Positions 1 through 9,412 of a stretch of 64,000 nt of DNA are shown piece after piece. Numbering within the stretch: position 1 is the first letter of the stretch; each line of letters begins with the position of its first letter. A program made the translations under genes and the position numbers. The notes below the pieces were generated by a model that was given only the letters and a program-made list of their open reading frames with translations, did no database searches and was not told where the DNA came from. This stretch comes from Candidatus Eiseniibacteriota bacterium (lineage in GTDB: Bacteria > Eisenbacteria > RBG-16-71-46 > JABDJR01), in contig CAVXKA010000001.1 in the NCBI GenBank assembly GCA_963762255.1, positions 1,600,001-1,664,000 of the forward strand. The letters run 5' to 3'.

Positions 1-231
1 AACATCGGGAACCCCGAGGAGATGACGGTCAAGGAGATGGCGGAACTCATCATCGAGCTCACGCACTCCAAGAGCCGCTTGGTGTACGCACCTCTCCCCG
101 AGGACGACCCCAAGGTCCGCCAGCCCGATATCAGCAAGGCCAAGCGGACCCTGGGCTGGCAGCCGAAGGTACCGGTGCGGGAGGGACTCGTCCGCACCGT
201 CGAGTGGTTCCAGGCCAACCATCGCGCCTGA
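1..231 (+). CDS. NAD-dependent epimerase/dehydratase (UDP-glucuronate decarboxylase-like), 3' fragment
   Basis: Frame open from base 1: [10 protein letters not shown]...[23 protein letters not shown] is the typical C-terminus of this family. Confidence 0.85.
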   Translation, partial: NIGNPEEMTVKEMAELIIELTHSKSRLVYAPLPEDDPKVRQPDISKAKRTLGWQPKVPVREGLVRTVEWFQANHRA

Positions 232-246
232 CGCGGGGAAGCGTGC

Positions 247-960
247 ATGAAAGCGCTGGTCATCATTCCGACCTACAACGAAGCCGACAACGTCCGCGAA
301 CTCCTGCCGCGCGTGCTGGAGCAACACGAGGGCATCGAGATCCTCGTGGTGGACGACAACTCCAAGGACGGCACCGGCGCCATCGTGGAGGAGATGCTCC
401 GCAGCGAGCCGCGTATCCACGTACTGCACCGGCCGGGCAAACTCGGACTCGGTACCGCCTACGTGGACGGTTTTCGGTACGCGCTTGCGCGCGACTACGA
501 CTTCGTTTTCGAGATGGACGCCGACTTCAGCCACGAACCCGACTCCATTCCGGCTTTCCTGGAAGCGATCCAAGAGGCCGATCTCGTGGTCGGATCCCGC
601 TATCTGAACGGGGTCACCGTGGTGAACTGGCCGCTCTCGCGTCTCATCCTCTCTTACGGCGCCAATGTCTACACGCGCATCGTCACCGGGATGCCGCTCA
701 AGGACGCCACCGGCGGGTTCAAGTGTTTCCGCAGCACCGCGCTCGCCCAGCTCGATCTGGATCGGGTCAGCTCGGACGGCTACGGTTTCCAGATCGAGAT
801 GAACTTCAAGATCACGAAGAAGGGTCTGCGGGTTCGCGAGATCCCCATCGTATTCGCCGACCGGCGGGTCGGGATCAGCAAGATGAACAAGAAGATCGTC
901 TGGGAAGCGATGTGGCTGGTGTGGAAGCTGCGCGCGCTCGATCTGACGGGAAGGCTCTAG
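247..960 (+). CDS. Polyprenol monophosphomannose synthase-like GT2 (DPM1 family)
   Basis: IIPTYNE, VDDNSKDGT, GKLGLGTAY, EMDADFSH and DATGGFKC motifs. Confidence 0.9.
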   Translation: MKALVIIPTYNEADNVRELLPRVLEQHEGIEILVVDDNSKDGTGAIVEEMLRSEPRIHVLHRPGKLGLGTAYVDGFRYALARDYDFVFEMDADFSHEPDSIPAFLEAIQEADLVVGSRYLNGVTVVNWPLSRLILSYGANVYTRIVTGMPLKDATGGFKCFRSTALAQLDLDRVSSDGYGFQIEMNFKITKKGLRVREIPIVFADRRVGISKMNKKIVWEAMWLVWKLRALDLTGRL

Positions 961-961
961 C

Positions 962-3024
962 GTGGCCGACGTCTCCGTCGTCATCGTCTCCTATCGCACG
1001 CCGGAGCACCTGCGCCGCTGCCTGGAGGCGTTGCGGGGCGATCCCTCCCCGCGGTCCCGCGAGATTCTGGTGGTGGACAACGCCTCGGGGGACGAAAGTC
1101 CCGACGTGGCTCGCTCCTTCCCCGAGGTGCGCCTCATCGAGACCGGCGCCAACCTCGGTTTCGCGGGGGGGGTGAACCGAGGCCTCGCCGAGGCGACCGG
1201 CCGCTTCATCGCCGTGCTCAACCCGGACATCGAGACCGCTCCCGGCGCCCTCGACGTTCTCGTCGATTTTCTGGAAGGTCACCCGGAGTCCGGCATCGTC
1301 GCTCCCAAGTTGCTGAACGCCGATGGATCGCTCCAGCACTCCTGCCGCCGCTACTACACGTTGAAGACGATCCTCCTGCGGCGCACCTTCCTCGACCGCT
1401 TCTTCCCGAACTCGGCCAGCCTGCGCAGCCATCTCATGCTCGACTACGACCATGCGTCGCCGCGCGCGGTGGATTGGGTGGCGGGCGCGGCGATGATGGT
1501 GCGACGCGAAGCGCTCGACGACGTCGGGCCCATGGACGAACGCTACTTCCTCTACTTCGAGGACGTGGATTGGTGCCAGCGCATGCAGGCGCGCGGCTGG
1601 CTGGTGCACTACGTTCCCGCCGCGATCATGACGCACGGCTGGCAGCGCGCGAGCGGCGCCCTGGGGCAGGCGGCGCGGCGCCACCTCGGGAGCGGACTGC
1701 GGTTCTACGACCGCTGGGGCGGGCTCCTCCTCGTGCTGCGCCGAAACGGCAGACTGTGGCGCATCGCCGCGCTCGTGGCGATCGATCTGGTGGCGGTATC
1801 CGCCGCCTTCGTGCTCGCCTATGTCTTCAGGCAGCGCGTGGCCTTCGTTCTCCACAAACCGTTGTGGTCGTTCTCCTTCTACAGCGGCTTCTTTGCGGCA
1901 AGCGTGCTGGTCACCATGGGGGCGTTCGCCCTGCAGAACCTTTACCGTGACGTGAAGGAAGGGGATTGGGTGGACGTGGCGTTCCGGGTGATCCGGGGCA
2001 CTACTCTCGGCGCCCTGATCCTCATGGCCAGCACCTTCATCCTCGACATGCGCTCCTACTCCCGCGCCATCGTGCTCGGTTCATGGCCGCTCGCCGCCGT
2101 CCTCGTCTTCCTGGGACGACGCGCGCTGCACGCGACGTTTGCGCGCGCCCGCCGCGACCGCTGGAACCTGCGCCGAGTGGCGCTCTTGGGCGTCGATCCC
2201 GCGCTCGACGTGCTCGAGCGCACGCTGCACGAACACCCCGAGCTGGGCTGGGAGCCGGTCCGGCTGCGGCGCACGCCCTGGCTGGACCTCCCCCCGCGCG
2301 AGGCGGAGGAAGTCCTTCTCGGCCGGCTGGCCGGCGAGCGCGTGTCCGACGTGGTCGTGACGCCGGCGTCGCTGGGCGTGAGCGAGGAGGATCTCACCGC
2401 GAGACTCCTCCCCGTGCGTCGCGCGGGTCTGGGTGTGCGCGTGGTCTCCTCGTTCGTGGCGGGTCTCCCGCCGAGAGCGCGCGTGGAGCGGGTGGGGGAG
2501 ACTTCGTGGCTCACGCTCGAGGGCGCCGGCTTGCGGCACGCGGGATGGAGCAAGCGGGCGCTGGACGTAGCGGCCTCGTCTCTGCTCTTGGTGCTCGGCG
2601 TGATCCCGTTCGTGCTCCTGTGGGCGGCGCGCCTTCCGCACGGTACCGTGTGGGAGCCGCCGGAGGTGCGGATCGGACGCTGGGGCGAGACGTTTTCCGT
2701 TCGCCGGCTTTCCGGCAAAGGGCGGCTGCGCTCGTTTCCCCTTCTGTTCGCCGTCCTTCGGGGACGGCTCAGCCTCGTCGGGCCGCGCCCGCTGGGCCCG
2801 GAAGAGGACGTGCCGGGAGGCGAGCCCTGGCGGCGCGTCCGCGAGAACCATCGGCCCGGCCTCGTCGGTCCGTGGAGCCTCGCCCCCGCAGGGTCTCCGG
2901 ACGACGAGATGCGGCAGGAACTGTGTTATCTGGAAGAATGGACTCCCGAGTTGGACTTGAAACTATTGACCCGCGTCGCGCTCCGGCGCCCGCGCGGAGA
3001 AAAGGGGAACGGAGCGGTGCGTAA
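962..3024 (+). CDS. GT2 glycosyltransferase fused to membrane segments and a WcaJ/WbaP-like sugar-transferase domain
   Basis: VVDNASGD, NLGFAGGVN, LNPD, DERYFLYFEDVDWC, then about 4 TM helices, then KRALDVAAS...LSLVGPRP...RPGL.GPW. As assembled it reads through to 5293; the end at 3024 is inferred (see findings). Confidence 0.7.
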
Positions 3025-5293
3025 CGCGTCTGCCCGAGCGTCCGCGGTCACCCTCATCGCCGGTCTCGCGCTGGTTCTTGCCGCCGCGCCCTCCGCGCGG
3101 GCGCAGAACGTCGCCGAGGCCTTCACCCCCTACGTGAACGCGTGGGATCTGCGGGACATCGCCACCGATACGTCGGGCCGGCTGTGGATCGCCTCCAACG
3201 GCGGCGCGCTCCGCTTCGATCCCGGCACCCAAGTGTTCACCCAGTTTCCGCGGCTCCTCGGTACCGGTCCCCGCGGGAACGATCTCGTCACGGTGGCGGT
3301 CGACCAGACCGGAAAGGTCTGGTTCGGCAGCGCCTCGCGCGGATTCACGTTCTACGATCTCACCACGGGGGATTGGGACCGGCGCGTGGCCGACGATTGG
3401 TCCGATCCGCGCATCCGCGTGATCCGCACCTTCGGGGCCGGCGTGTACGTGGGGACGCAGGACGGTCTGACCCTGAAACCGACCCCGAACCGCAGCGACG
3501 TGTGCGCTTCGGCGGCGCCGGGGTGCCTTCTGCCGTCCTATGTCGTGAACGATTTCGCGCTCGTCGGCTCGAATCTTTGGGTGGCTACTCAAAGCGGTCT
3601 CGGACGATTCAACGGGGAGAGCTGGGACAGCTCGGCAGTGTTACCGCCGGGATCGGTGGGGTACAACGCGCTTTCCATCGTCGACTTTGACGGCACGCTG
3701 TGGGAGGCGTCCGCGGGCAACCGATCGGTGCGCCGGCTGGTCGGAGGCGACTGGGACACCACCGGGGCCGCGGCGGATCGTCTGGTGGTGACCGGCGGCA
3801 GCCTCTTCGGCCTTCGGGGGACTCAGGTTCTGGAGTGGAACCAGGCGACGGAGTCGTGGGACGTTGTGACGCTCCCGGTGACCCCGCCCGGCACCGTCAA
3901 CGACGTGGAAGTGGTGGGCGACACCATCTTTCTCGCCACCGCGCGCGGGCTCGCCTTCGGACCTCGCGGATCGTCGAGCGGCGGGGAGATTCGCGTCCCG
4001 CCGGGCCCCGCACTTGTCGATGTCTACGCCGGGATCGCCGTCGACGCCGACGGCACGGTCTGGGCCGGCACGCAGGGCGCGGAGGTCGGTCTTGTGCGGT
4101 TCGACGGGAGCGCGTGGAGCGTGCTGCGAGGAGGGGACAAGTTAGGCGGAGACTGGATCTTCGATGTCCTCAGCGACGGCGAAGGACGCATCTGGATCGG
4201 CCACTGCTGTTGCTCGGAGATAGACCACTGCCAGCTCGAATTCGGTTCGGGCACTGAGTTCACCAAGCTCCCCGCGCTGCGCAACGCGTACCAGATCGCC
4301 GAGGACTCGCAGGGCCGCATCTGGGGCGGCACCGACCGCTACGGCGCGTTCGTGCTCCAGGAGCAGGGCGCGGACGACTGGCAGCAGGTGCTCGATCTGA
4401 CCCAGGCCGGTACCGGAGGGGCTCTGGCGTCGAACTCGATTCGCGACATTGCGGTGACCGGCAATGGGACGTATTTCGGCAACCGCCTCGCCGGTCTCGA
4501 CTACTGGCCCCACGGCGGGAACCTCGCCAACGGGAGCAGCGGCTCGAACTGGACTCACGTCGGCGATACCGGTTTCAGCCTCTACGATCTCAACGTCGGC
4601 GCCATCACGCCTGCGGGGAGCGATGTGTGGGTGGGGACGAGCACCGGCCTCCATCGATTCCGCGATGGAGTTCTTCTCAACCGCTGTCCGACCTCTCTCG
4701 CCGATCTCGTCGACGACCAGGCCCGCCCCGTCACCGCGCTGGTTGCAGATGGCCTGGGCGGGCTCTGGGTAGGCACCTCCGATGGGTTGCTTCACCTGCC
4801 GCGGGGCGGCGCATGCAACCAGAGCGATCGGGGATTCGCGCTCTATACCGAGGACAACTCGGCGCTGCCCAGCAACGCGATCCACTCCGGCGCACTGAAT
4901 CCCAAGGACGGATCGGTGTGGTTCGGGACCGCCTCCGGCCTGGTGCGGATCGATCCCGCCAAGCTCAACCCGGGCGATGCGCCGGAAGACCAATACGTGC
5001 TCTACCCCAACCCGTTCGATCTCAGCCTCGGCAAACGGGTCACCTTGGGGATCGAGATCGCGGGGACGCTGGTGCAGGGGGTGGCTCTGGCGGACTTCGG
5101 TCGCCCCGAGGTGTTTGACCTCACCGGGCGCAAGGTCGGCGTGTTCGACGTCTACAACGACCGCGGCCGGCAGACCTGGGTGTGGTTGGGCAAGAACCTG
5201 AACGGCGACTCGGTGGTCCCAGGCCTGTACCTGGTGCGGGCCCGCGCGGTGACCGGCGAGACCGTCGTGCTCAAGCTGGGAGTGCGCTGGTGA
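3017..5293 (+). CDS. Secreted beta-propeller (Reg_prop repeat) protein with C-terminal T9SS/FlgD-like domain; PorZ-like architecture
   Basis: In-frame GTG at 3017 after a purine-rich stretch; signal peptide ending ARA-Q; repeated D..G.LWI/VWFG blades; C-terminal YPNPF...VFDLTGRKV...WLGKNLNG..VVPGLYLV. Confidence 0.7.
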   Translation: MRNASARASAVTLIAGLALVLAAAPSARAQNVAEAFTPYVNAWDLRDIATDTSGRLWIASNGGALRFDPGTQVFTQFPRLLGTGPRGNDLVTVAVDQTGKVWFGSASRGFTFYDLTTGDWDRRVADDWSDPRIRVIRTFGAGVYVGTQDGLTLKPTPNRSDVCASAAPGCLLPSYVVNDFALVGSNLWVATQSGLGRFNGESWDSSAVLPPGSVGYNALSIVDFDGTLWEASAGNRSVRRLVGGDWDTTGAAADRLVVTGGSLFGLRGTQVLEWNQATESWDVVTLPVTPPGTVNDVEVVGDTIFLATARGLAFGPRGSSSGGEIRVPPGPALVDVYAGIAVDADGTVWAGTQGAEVGLVRFDGSAWSVLRGGDKLGGDWIFDVLSDGEGRIWIGHCCCSEIDHCQLEFGSGTEFTKLPALRNAYQIAEDSQGRIWGGTDRYGAFVLQEQGADDWQQVLDLTQAGTGGALASNSIRDIAVTGNGTYFGNRLAGLDYWPHGGNLANGSSGSNWTHVGDTGFSLYDLNVGAITPAGSDVWVGTSTGLHRFRDGVLLNRCPTSLADLVDDQARPVTALVADGLGGLWVGTSDGLLHLPRGGACNQSDRGFALYTEDNSALPSNAIHSGALNPKDGSVWFGTASGLVRIDPAKLNPGDAPEDQYVLYPNPFDLSLGKRVTLGIEIAGTLVQGVALADFGRPEVFDLTGRKVGVFDVYNDRGRQTWVWLGKNLNGDSVVPGLYLVRARAVTGETVVLKLGVRW

Positions 5294-6774
5294 AGGAGAC
5301 GCGAGTACTCGTCGTCGGCGCGGGAAGCGCCGGCGTGATGGCGGTGCGCGAGATGCGGGGGCACCCCGACTCGGGCTATCTGCCGGTCGCGTTCATCGAC
5401 GACGATCCCGCCAAGCAGGGGCAGGTGATCGAGGGAGTCCCTGTGCGGGGTGGCAGCGAGGCGATCCTGCCCGTCCTTGGGGACACGCGCGCCGAGGAGA
5501 TCCTCATCGCGCTTCCCTCGGTGCACGGCGGTGTGATCCGCCGCATCGTCGAGATCTGCCGCAACGAGCGCGTGCGTTTCCGCATCGTGCCCGGGATCTG
5601 GGAGATCATCCGGGGCGACGTGCGCATCGACCACATCCGGCGCATCGAGCCCGAGGATCTTCTCGGCCGCGAAACGGTGGAGGCCGATCCCGCGCTGGTG
5701 GCTCCGGTCTACAGGGGCCGGCGAGTCCTGGTGACGGGAGCGGGCGGCTCGATCGGCCGCGAGCTGGCGCGACAGGCGCTGGACCTGGGCCCGGAGCGCC
5801 TCGTGCTGATGGGTCGGGGAGAGAACAGCCTCTTCGAAAGCGAATTGGGGTTGCGGCGGACGATCGGGGGGGACGGGGTGGAGCTGGCGCTCGTGGATCT
5901 GCGCGACCGGGAGGCGGTACGCCGAACGCTGCGGCGGGTGAAGCCGCACATCGTCCTGCATGCCGCCGCTCACAAGCACGTCACCTTCATGGAGCGCTAC
6001 CCCGAAGAGGCGGTGATCAACAACGTGGTCGCTACGCGCGATCTCATCGACGCCTGCGGCGATGCGGGGGTCGAGCGGTTCGTCATGCTGAGCACGGACA
6101 AAGCGGTGAACCCGCGAAGCGTGATGGGAGCCTCCAAGCGGGTCGCCGAACTACTCATCGGCGAGCGCACCGCGCGCGGGTCGTCGGTGCGGCTCATGGC
6201 GGTGCGATTCGGGAACGTCTTGGGGAGTCGAGGCTCGGTGGTGCCGCTCTTTCTGCATCAGATCGCTCGCGGCGGTCCCGTTACGGTGGCGCATCCCGAC
6301 ACCACCCGCTACTTCATGACGGTGAAGGAAGCGGCGATGCTGGTGCTCGAGGCGGGAGCTCTGGGCGAGGGCGGCGAAATCTTCATCCTCGACATGGGTG
6401 AGCAGCTCAATATCCTCGATCTGGCCCGAGGCCTGGTCACGCTTTCGGGCCTGCGCCCCGATGCCGACATCCCGATCGTGATCACCGGTCTCAAGCCGGG
6501 AGAGAAGCTCCGCGAGGAATTGGTGCACGACTTCGAGGAATTGACGCCGACATCGGTGGCCAAGATCGGCGCCGCCCGCCGACGCAGCGGCGAGAGCCCC
6601 GCTGTGGAAGCCGCGATCCCCGAGTTGGAAACGCTGGCCCGGGCGGCCGACCGCGACGGGATCACGCGGGTTCTTGCGAGGCTTGTCCCGGAGGCGTGCT
6701 TCCCCGGGAGCAACGGGAGCAAGGGTCCGTCATCCGCGGGCGCTCCTTCCTCGGTCTCCCGGAGATCCCGATAG
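5290..6774 (+). CDS. Polysaccharide biosynthesis NDP-sugar dehydratase (CapD/PglF family)
   Basis: GTGA overlap start; EDLLGR, VLVTGAGGSIGRE, HAAAHKHV, STDKAVNP.SVMGASK, VRFGNVLGSRGSV, GLKPGEKL. Confidence 0.92.
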   Translation: MKETRVLVVGAGSAGVMAVREMRGHPDSGYLPVAFIDDDPAKQGQVIEGVPVRGGSEAILPVLGDTRAEEILIALPSVHGGVIRRIVEICRNERVRFRIVPGIWEIIRGDVRIDHIRRIEPEDLLGRETVEADPALVAPVYRGRRVLVTGAGGSIGRELARQALDLGPERLVLMGRGENSLFESELGLRRTIGGDGVELALVDLRDREAVRRTLRRVKPHIVLHAAAHKHVTFMERYPEEAVINNVVATRDLIDACGDAGVERFVMLSTDKAVNPRSVMGASKRVAELLIGERTARGSSVRLMAVRFGNVLGSRGSVVPLFLHQIARGGPVTVAHPDTTRYFMTVKEAAMLVLEAGALGEGGEIFILDMGEQLNILDLARGLVTLSGLRPDADIPIVITGLKPGEKLREELVHDFEELTPTSVAKIGAARRRSGESPAVEAAIPELETLARAADRDGITRVLARLVPEACFPGSNGSKGPSSAGAPSSVSRRSR

Positions 6775-6782
6775 GGGAGCCC

Positions 6783-7769
6783 GTGCTACGCGTGGAACGA
6801 TCGGCCGAGGCCCCACCCGACTGGGCCCGGCTCTGCGAAGAGAGTTCCCGAGCCACGCTCTTTCTCCACCCGCGTTGGATGGAGGCTATCACCCGCGCCT
6901 ATCCACGCTACCGGCCGCTCTACCTCGTGGCCACCGACGCCGGGACCGTGGCCGGGATGCTCCCGCTCGTCCGCTTCCGCCGTTTCGGACTCGACCAATA
7001 CCTGTCCATGCCGTTCGGCACCCACGGCGGACCTCTGCTGGCCACGGGCGCGGACCCGGCCACCGCGGGAGCGCTGGCCAAATCGTTCCGACGCCTGGTG
7101 CGCGGCGGGCGCGTGCTGCGCTTCGAGATGACGATGTTCGATCCGTCGGACGATCTCCGCGAGGCGCTGGCGCCTTCTCTCGGCCACACCTTTCAGGACT
7201 TTCGCACGCACCTGGTCGATCTGCGCGAAGGTTTCGACGAGCTGTGGCGGAAAGCCTACAACAAGAACACGCGCAACTGCGTGCGGATGGCGGAGGGCGC
7301 GGGGGTGACGGTAGCGCAGGAGCGCGGCGAGGACGCGATCGCGTCCCTCCACCTGCTTCATGCCGCGCAGAGCATGGAATGGGAGGGAATCCCGCCCCAT
7401 TCGCAGGAGGCGCTTCGCGCCATCGTCGACTCCCTCGGGGAAGACGCGCGCATCTACATCGCGCGTCGCGAGGGAGAGTTGTTGTCCGCGTGCCTCTTTC
7501 TCGAACACGGCGGACGCGAGATCCATCCCTGGGTGAGCGGGTCGGCCAAAGCGGCGCGGCCGCTGCGCGCCTTTCACAAGCTCATCAGCGACCCGCTTCG
7601 CGACGCCTGTGCGCGCGGTCTCGAGACCTGGGACTTCGGCGGGAGCGGCGGCAATCCCAAGATCGAGTTCTTCAAGGAATCCTTCGGCGGCAAGCCGGTG
7701 CCGGTGCTGCGCTGCTTTCACGTCGCGGAGTGGTGGCGGAAGCTGCGGCGAGGCCCGGCGTGGGATTGA
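6783..7769 (+). CDS. GNAT-family (FemAB/Acetyltransf_6-like) acyl/aminoacyl transferase
   Basis: GGGGAG then GTG at 6783; TLFLHPRW, SMPFGTHGGPL, WDFGGS...FFKESFGG. Confidence 0.75.
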   Translation: MLRVERSAEAPPDWARLCEESSRATLFLHPRWMEAITRAYPRYRPLYLVATDAGTVAGMLPLVRFRRFGLDQYLSMPFGTHGGPLLATGADPATAGALAKSFRRLVRGGRVLRFEMTMFDPSDDLREALAPSLGHTFQDFRTHLVDLREGFDELWRKAYNKNTRNCVRMAEGAGVTVAQERGEDAIASLHLLHAAQSMEWEGIPPHSQEALRAIVDSLGEDARIYIARREGELLSACLFLEHGGREIHPWVSGSAKAARPLRAFHKLISDPLRDACARGLETWDFGGSGGNPKIEFFKESFGGKPVPVLRCFHVAEWWRKLRRGPAWD

Positions 7770-9412
7770 CGCGGGGCGGCGCGCAACTCCACGTGCTGCT
7801 CCTCGCGATCGCCGCGATGGTGGTGGCGGGGCCGTTGCTCTTGCCCTACCGCAGCGTTCCGTTTCAACGCTCCGACGGTGCATGGGTGCAGCTACCCGCG
7901 CCGAACCGGCTCACGCACGTCTCCGACGTGTGGGATTACTTGCAGCAGGCACGGCAGATCCAATCCGGCGCCGGTTTCTCGAGCCTCTTCACCTATGTGC
8001 CGTTCCTCCCCGAGTCGGTGACGCCTGCGGGAGAGCCGCGCGCAGCGGGCGCCGGCAAGGACGTCGCCGGCGCTGAGCGTGGTGCGGTCACCGGCGCGAG
8101 TCCCCGGGCGTTCCCTCAGTTCTGGCGCCAACCCGGTCACCCTGTCCTTCTCGCCGGGGCATTCGTCCTCGCCGGCGGGGCGCACCCCGACGCGATGCTG
8201 ATCCTGCAGGCGTTCTTCGTCCTCCTGCTGCCGATCGCGACCTACGTGTTGGGTCGCACCATGGTCGCACCCGGCTGGGCGGCGATGGCCGCGCTCTGGA
8301 CGCTTCTTGCGCCGGTCGTGCTCGGCGTCCGCGAGCCGCTGGTGACCACGACCTTCTTCGCCTCTCTGGTCGCGTTGCTGTTGACCGCGGTCCTGGTCGC
8401 GCGCCGCCCGCTGGCCTGGTTCGGCGTCGGCGTTTTCTTGGGCGCGACGGCGCTCGTGCGATTCGAGACGTGGCTCTTGGTGCCCGGACTTCTCGTCGCG
8501 ATGCGGACGGTGCGTGGCGAGCGCCGTCTCTCCGCCGCGCTGCTGCTTCTCGGCGGCGCGCTCCTCGTTGTGCTCCCGTGGCACCTGCGCCTGTTCGCCC
8601 TGACCGGCGATCCGTTCTACAACGCGACCTCGCTTCTCTTTCACGATACGCCCGCGTTCCCGGGCTGGGAGGCTTCGCGCACCCTCGCCGTGCGCTCGAT
8701 CTCCCCGTGGTCCTTCGTGGTCGCGCACCCGGGGGACGTGGCCGCGAAGACCGCGCTCGACCTCGCGCGGTTTGCGCGCGACTTCGTGCTCCTCCCCTCG
8801 CCTTTCCTGGCTCCGTTTCTGTGGTTTGCTGTGCTGCGGAAAGGCTCTGAGCCCCGCACGCGCGCGTTTCTGGCGGGTGGCGTGACCGCAACGCTGGTCG
8901 TCATCGCCGTCCTCGCGCCGATGGAGTACGCTCCTCGATTCCTCGGCCCGCTCGTGCCCGCGTTCGCGGTGGGAGCGGCGATGGGGATGAGCCGGCTGCC
9001 GCGGCACCGCACGCTCCTGGCCGGCGTCGCGACGACGGTGGCGGTGATCCTGCTCGTCGGCTCACTCCGGTCGCGGGGGACCGACGAGAGCTCGCTGCTT
9101 GCCGCGAAGGGGTTGAACGTCTTGATGTCCGAACCCGACATCCGCAACCGCGCCGATGGAGCGATCGTCCTCAGCGATGCCCCTACCCTCTACGCATGGA
9201 TCTGGAATCGTCCCGCAGTGGCGGCCCCGTTGCCGGGCGACATCCCCGGCGTGCGCTCCCTGGCGCCCGACGTGATCGCGCTCATCACCTGTGCCGCCGG
9301 TGTGGGCGAGTTCCTGGAGCCGGACCTGGTCCGTGCCTACGCCGAGCAGGGAGGCTCTATCCGGGGGACGAGTTGTCCGACCGCGATCGTCTGGGAAGAG
9401 GGCCGGCCATGA
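7766..9412 (+). CDS. Polytopic membrane glycosyltransferase, GT-C (ArnT/PMT-like)
   Basis: TTGA overlap start; SDVWDYLQQA in first loop, RQPGHP, G.FLGATALVRFE, PW..R, many TM helices. Confidence 0.6.
   Translation: MTRGGAQLHVLLLAIAAMVVAGPLLLPYRSVPFQRSDGAWVQLPAPNRLTHVSDVWDYLQQARQIQSGAGFSSLFTYVPFLPESVTPAGEPRAAGAGKDVAGAERGAVTGASPRAFPQFWRQPGHPVLLAGAFVLAGGAHPDAMLILQAFFVLLLPIATYVLGRTMVAPGWAAMAALWTLLAPVVLGVREPLVTTTFFASLVALLLTAVLVARRPLAWFGVGVFLGATALVRFETWLLVPGLLVAMRTVRGERRLSAALLLLGGALLVVLPWHLRLFALTGDPFYNATSLLFHDTPAFPGWEASRTLAVRSISPWSFVVAHPGDVAAKTALDLARFARDFVLLPSPFLAPFLWFAVLRKGSEPRTRAFLAGGVTATLVVIAVLAPMEYAPRFLGPLVPAFAVGAAMGMSRLPRHRTLLAGVATTVAVILLVGSLRSRGTDESSLLAAKGLNVLMSEPDIRNRADGAIVLSDAPTLYAWIWNRPAVAAPLPGDIPGVRSLAPDVIALITCAAGVGEFLEPDLVRAYAEQGGSIRGTSCPTAIVWEEGRP

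Noticed and set aside
6674-7765. Long N-terminal extensions of called ORFs (also ORFs starting at 12225, 13718, 25046, 39016, 46611, 62067)
   Set aside because: They overlap upstream genes; better starts with an RBS or stop-start overlap exist downstream.
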